This document shows positions 62,301 to 64,000 of a DNA stretch of 64,000 nt, piece after piece. Position numbers and translations under genes: made by a program. The notes under the pieces were generated by a model, which did not search any database, was not told the origin of the DNA, and worked only from the letters and a program-made list of their open reading frames with translations. The stretch lies in the NCBI GenBank assembly GCA_053919585.1, contig CM132791.1. The stretch is one strand, 5' to 3'. This DNA is from Euprymna scolopes (Eukaryota). Numbering within the stretch: the stretch's first letter is position 1; every line of letters starts with the position of its first letter.

Positions 62301-64000
62301 TAATCAGTCGAATATACAATCAATATACAACCAGTGGATAATACTCTATCAATGAGCAATCAGTCGCTGATGCTCCACAAATAAAAAATCACTCGATGAC
62401 AGTCCGCCAATAAACACTCAGTCGATGATACTCCACCAATAAACAATCAGTCGATGATGCTCAACGAAAAAACAATCGATGATACTCTATCAATAAACAT
62501 TCAGACAATGATACTCCATCGATGAACAATCAGTCAACGATACTCCTCAAAAAACATCAGTCGATGATATTTATTCAATAAACAATCAGTCAATGATGCG
62601 CCATCAATAAACAAACAATCGATGATACTTTATAAATAAATAATCAATCGATGATACTCAACCAATAAAGAACCAGTCGATTATACTTCCTCAGTAAACA
62701 ATCAGTCAATGATACTTCACCCATAAACAATCATTCGATGATACTTCACCAATAAAAAATCAGTCGATGATACTCGACTAATAAACAATCGATGATAGTC
62801 GATAACAATCAATCAGACAATAATGCCCCATCATTAAACAATTAGTCAATGATTCTCCTCCAATGACAATTAGCCGACTATACTTCATCAATAATGATGC
62901 ATCTATAAACAATCAATCGATGATACTTTATCAATAAAAAATCAGTCGATGATACTCTACCAATAAACAATTAGTCGATTAGGCTCCACCAATAAACAAT
63001 CAGTCAATGATACCCCATCAATAAACAATCAGTAAATTATACTCCATAAATACAAAATTTTTCGATGATTCTGCGTCAATTAACAATCAGTCGATGATAA
63101 TCCACCAATAAACAATCAGGCGATGTTACTCAATTAATAAACAATCATTCGATGCTACTCAATCAATAAACAATCAGCAGATGATAATCGACCAATAAAA
63201 AATTATCAGATGATACTCACTCAATAAACAATCATTCCATGATACTCCATTAATAAACAATCCGTCGATGATACTCTAGCAATAAACAATCAACAATGAT
63301 ACTCAACAATAAACACTCAGTCGATTATACTTCATCAATAAACAATCAGTTGATTATACTCCATCAATAAACAATCCATCATAGTCTATTAATAAACAAT
63401 CAGACAATGATACTCCATCATTAAAAAATAAGTCGGTGATACTCCATCAATAAACAGTCGATGATAATTTAACAATCAGCAATTAATCAGTAGTACACCA
63501 CTAATAAACTATCACTCGAGTATGCTCCAGCAATAAACAATTATTCGATGATACTTCATCAATAAACAACCAGTCGATGATACTCCAGAAATAAACAATC
63601 AGTCAATGATACTCAACTAATAAACAATCAGATGATTATAATCCATTGATAAACCATCAGTAAAGGATACTCCACCAATAAACAATCGATCATATTCTAT
63701 CAATAAACAATCAGTCAATGTTACTCATTAAATAACTATCAGTCAATGACATTCCATCAGTAAACAATCAGTCGATGATACTCAATCAATGAGCAATCAG
63801 TCGAGTATACTTTATTAATAAACAATCAATCAATAATACAATTACCAATCAGTCGATTATACTCCATCAATAAACAATCAGTCGATTATCCTCCAGCAAT
63901 AAACAATCAGTCAATTATACTTCACCAAGAAACAATTAATCGATTATACTCAATCAATAAATAATCAGTAAATGATATTCCACCAATAAACAATTAGTCG
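59313..64000. repeat. Diverged 29-bp satellite (aaacaatcagtcgatgatactccaccaat), ~160 units, continuing past the window
   Basis: Continuous tandem array with many point variants and recurring shortened units. Confidence 0.98.

Noticed and set aside
59313-64000. CRISPR array (repeat length ~29 bp)
   Set aside because: Units are contiguous with no unique spacers, no cas genes are present, and the context is eukaryotic.

Overview
AT-rich, repeat-saturated animal (probably invertebrate) genomic scaffold with three N-gaps. I see no convincing host protein-coding gene, and the taxon cannot be fixed from the sequence alone. Transposon content: (1) at least eight decayed copies or fragments of one APE+RT non-LTR retrotransposon family; (2) an R4/Dong-like RLE retroelement nested in a non-autonomous Helitron, with a candidate HDV-like ribozyme at its 5' end; (3) an internally deleted Gypsy element with intact 120-bp LTRs, PBS, PPT and a 5-bp TSD; (4) Tc1/mariner, probable P-element, Merlin-like and hAT-like remnants; (5) several Helitron ends; (6) tRNA- and 5S-derived sequences; (7) 16-bp, 29-bp and ~30-bp satellites. 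The most notable signal, absent from the ORF track, is a Penelope-like element (PLE)/hammerhead ribozyme (HHR) system with about 12 HHR motifs on both strands. It includes a 5'-truncated PLE with an open GIY-YIG frame and a near-canonical terminal HHR, a retrozyme-like tandem array that breaks off at the predicted self-cleavage site, and a three-copy tRNA-headed (Pol III A/B box) SINE whose tail is a PLE-type hammerhead repeat, i.e. a candidate Penelope-mobilised, self-cleaving SINE. All RNA structures were paired by eye, not computed.
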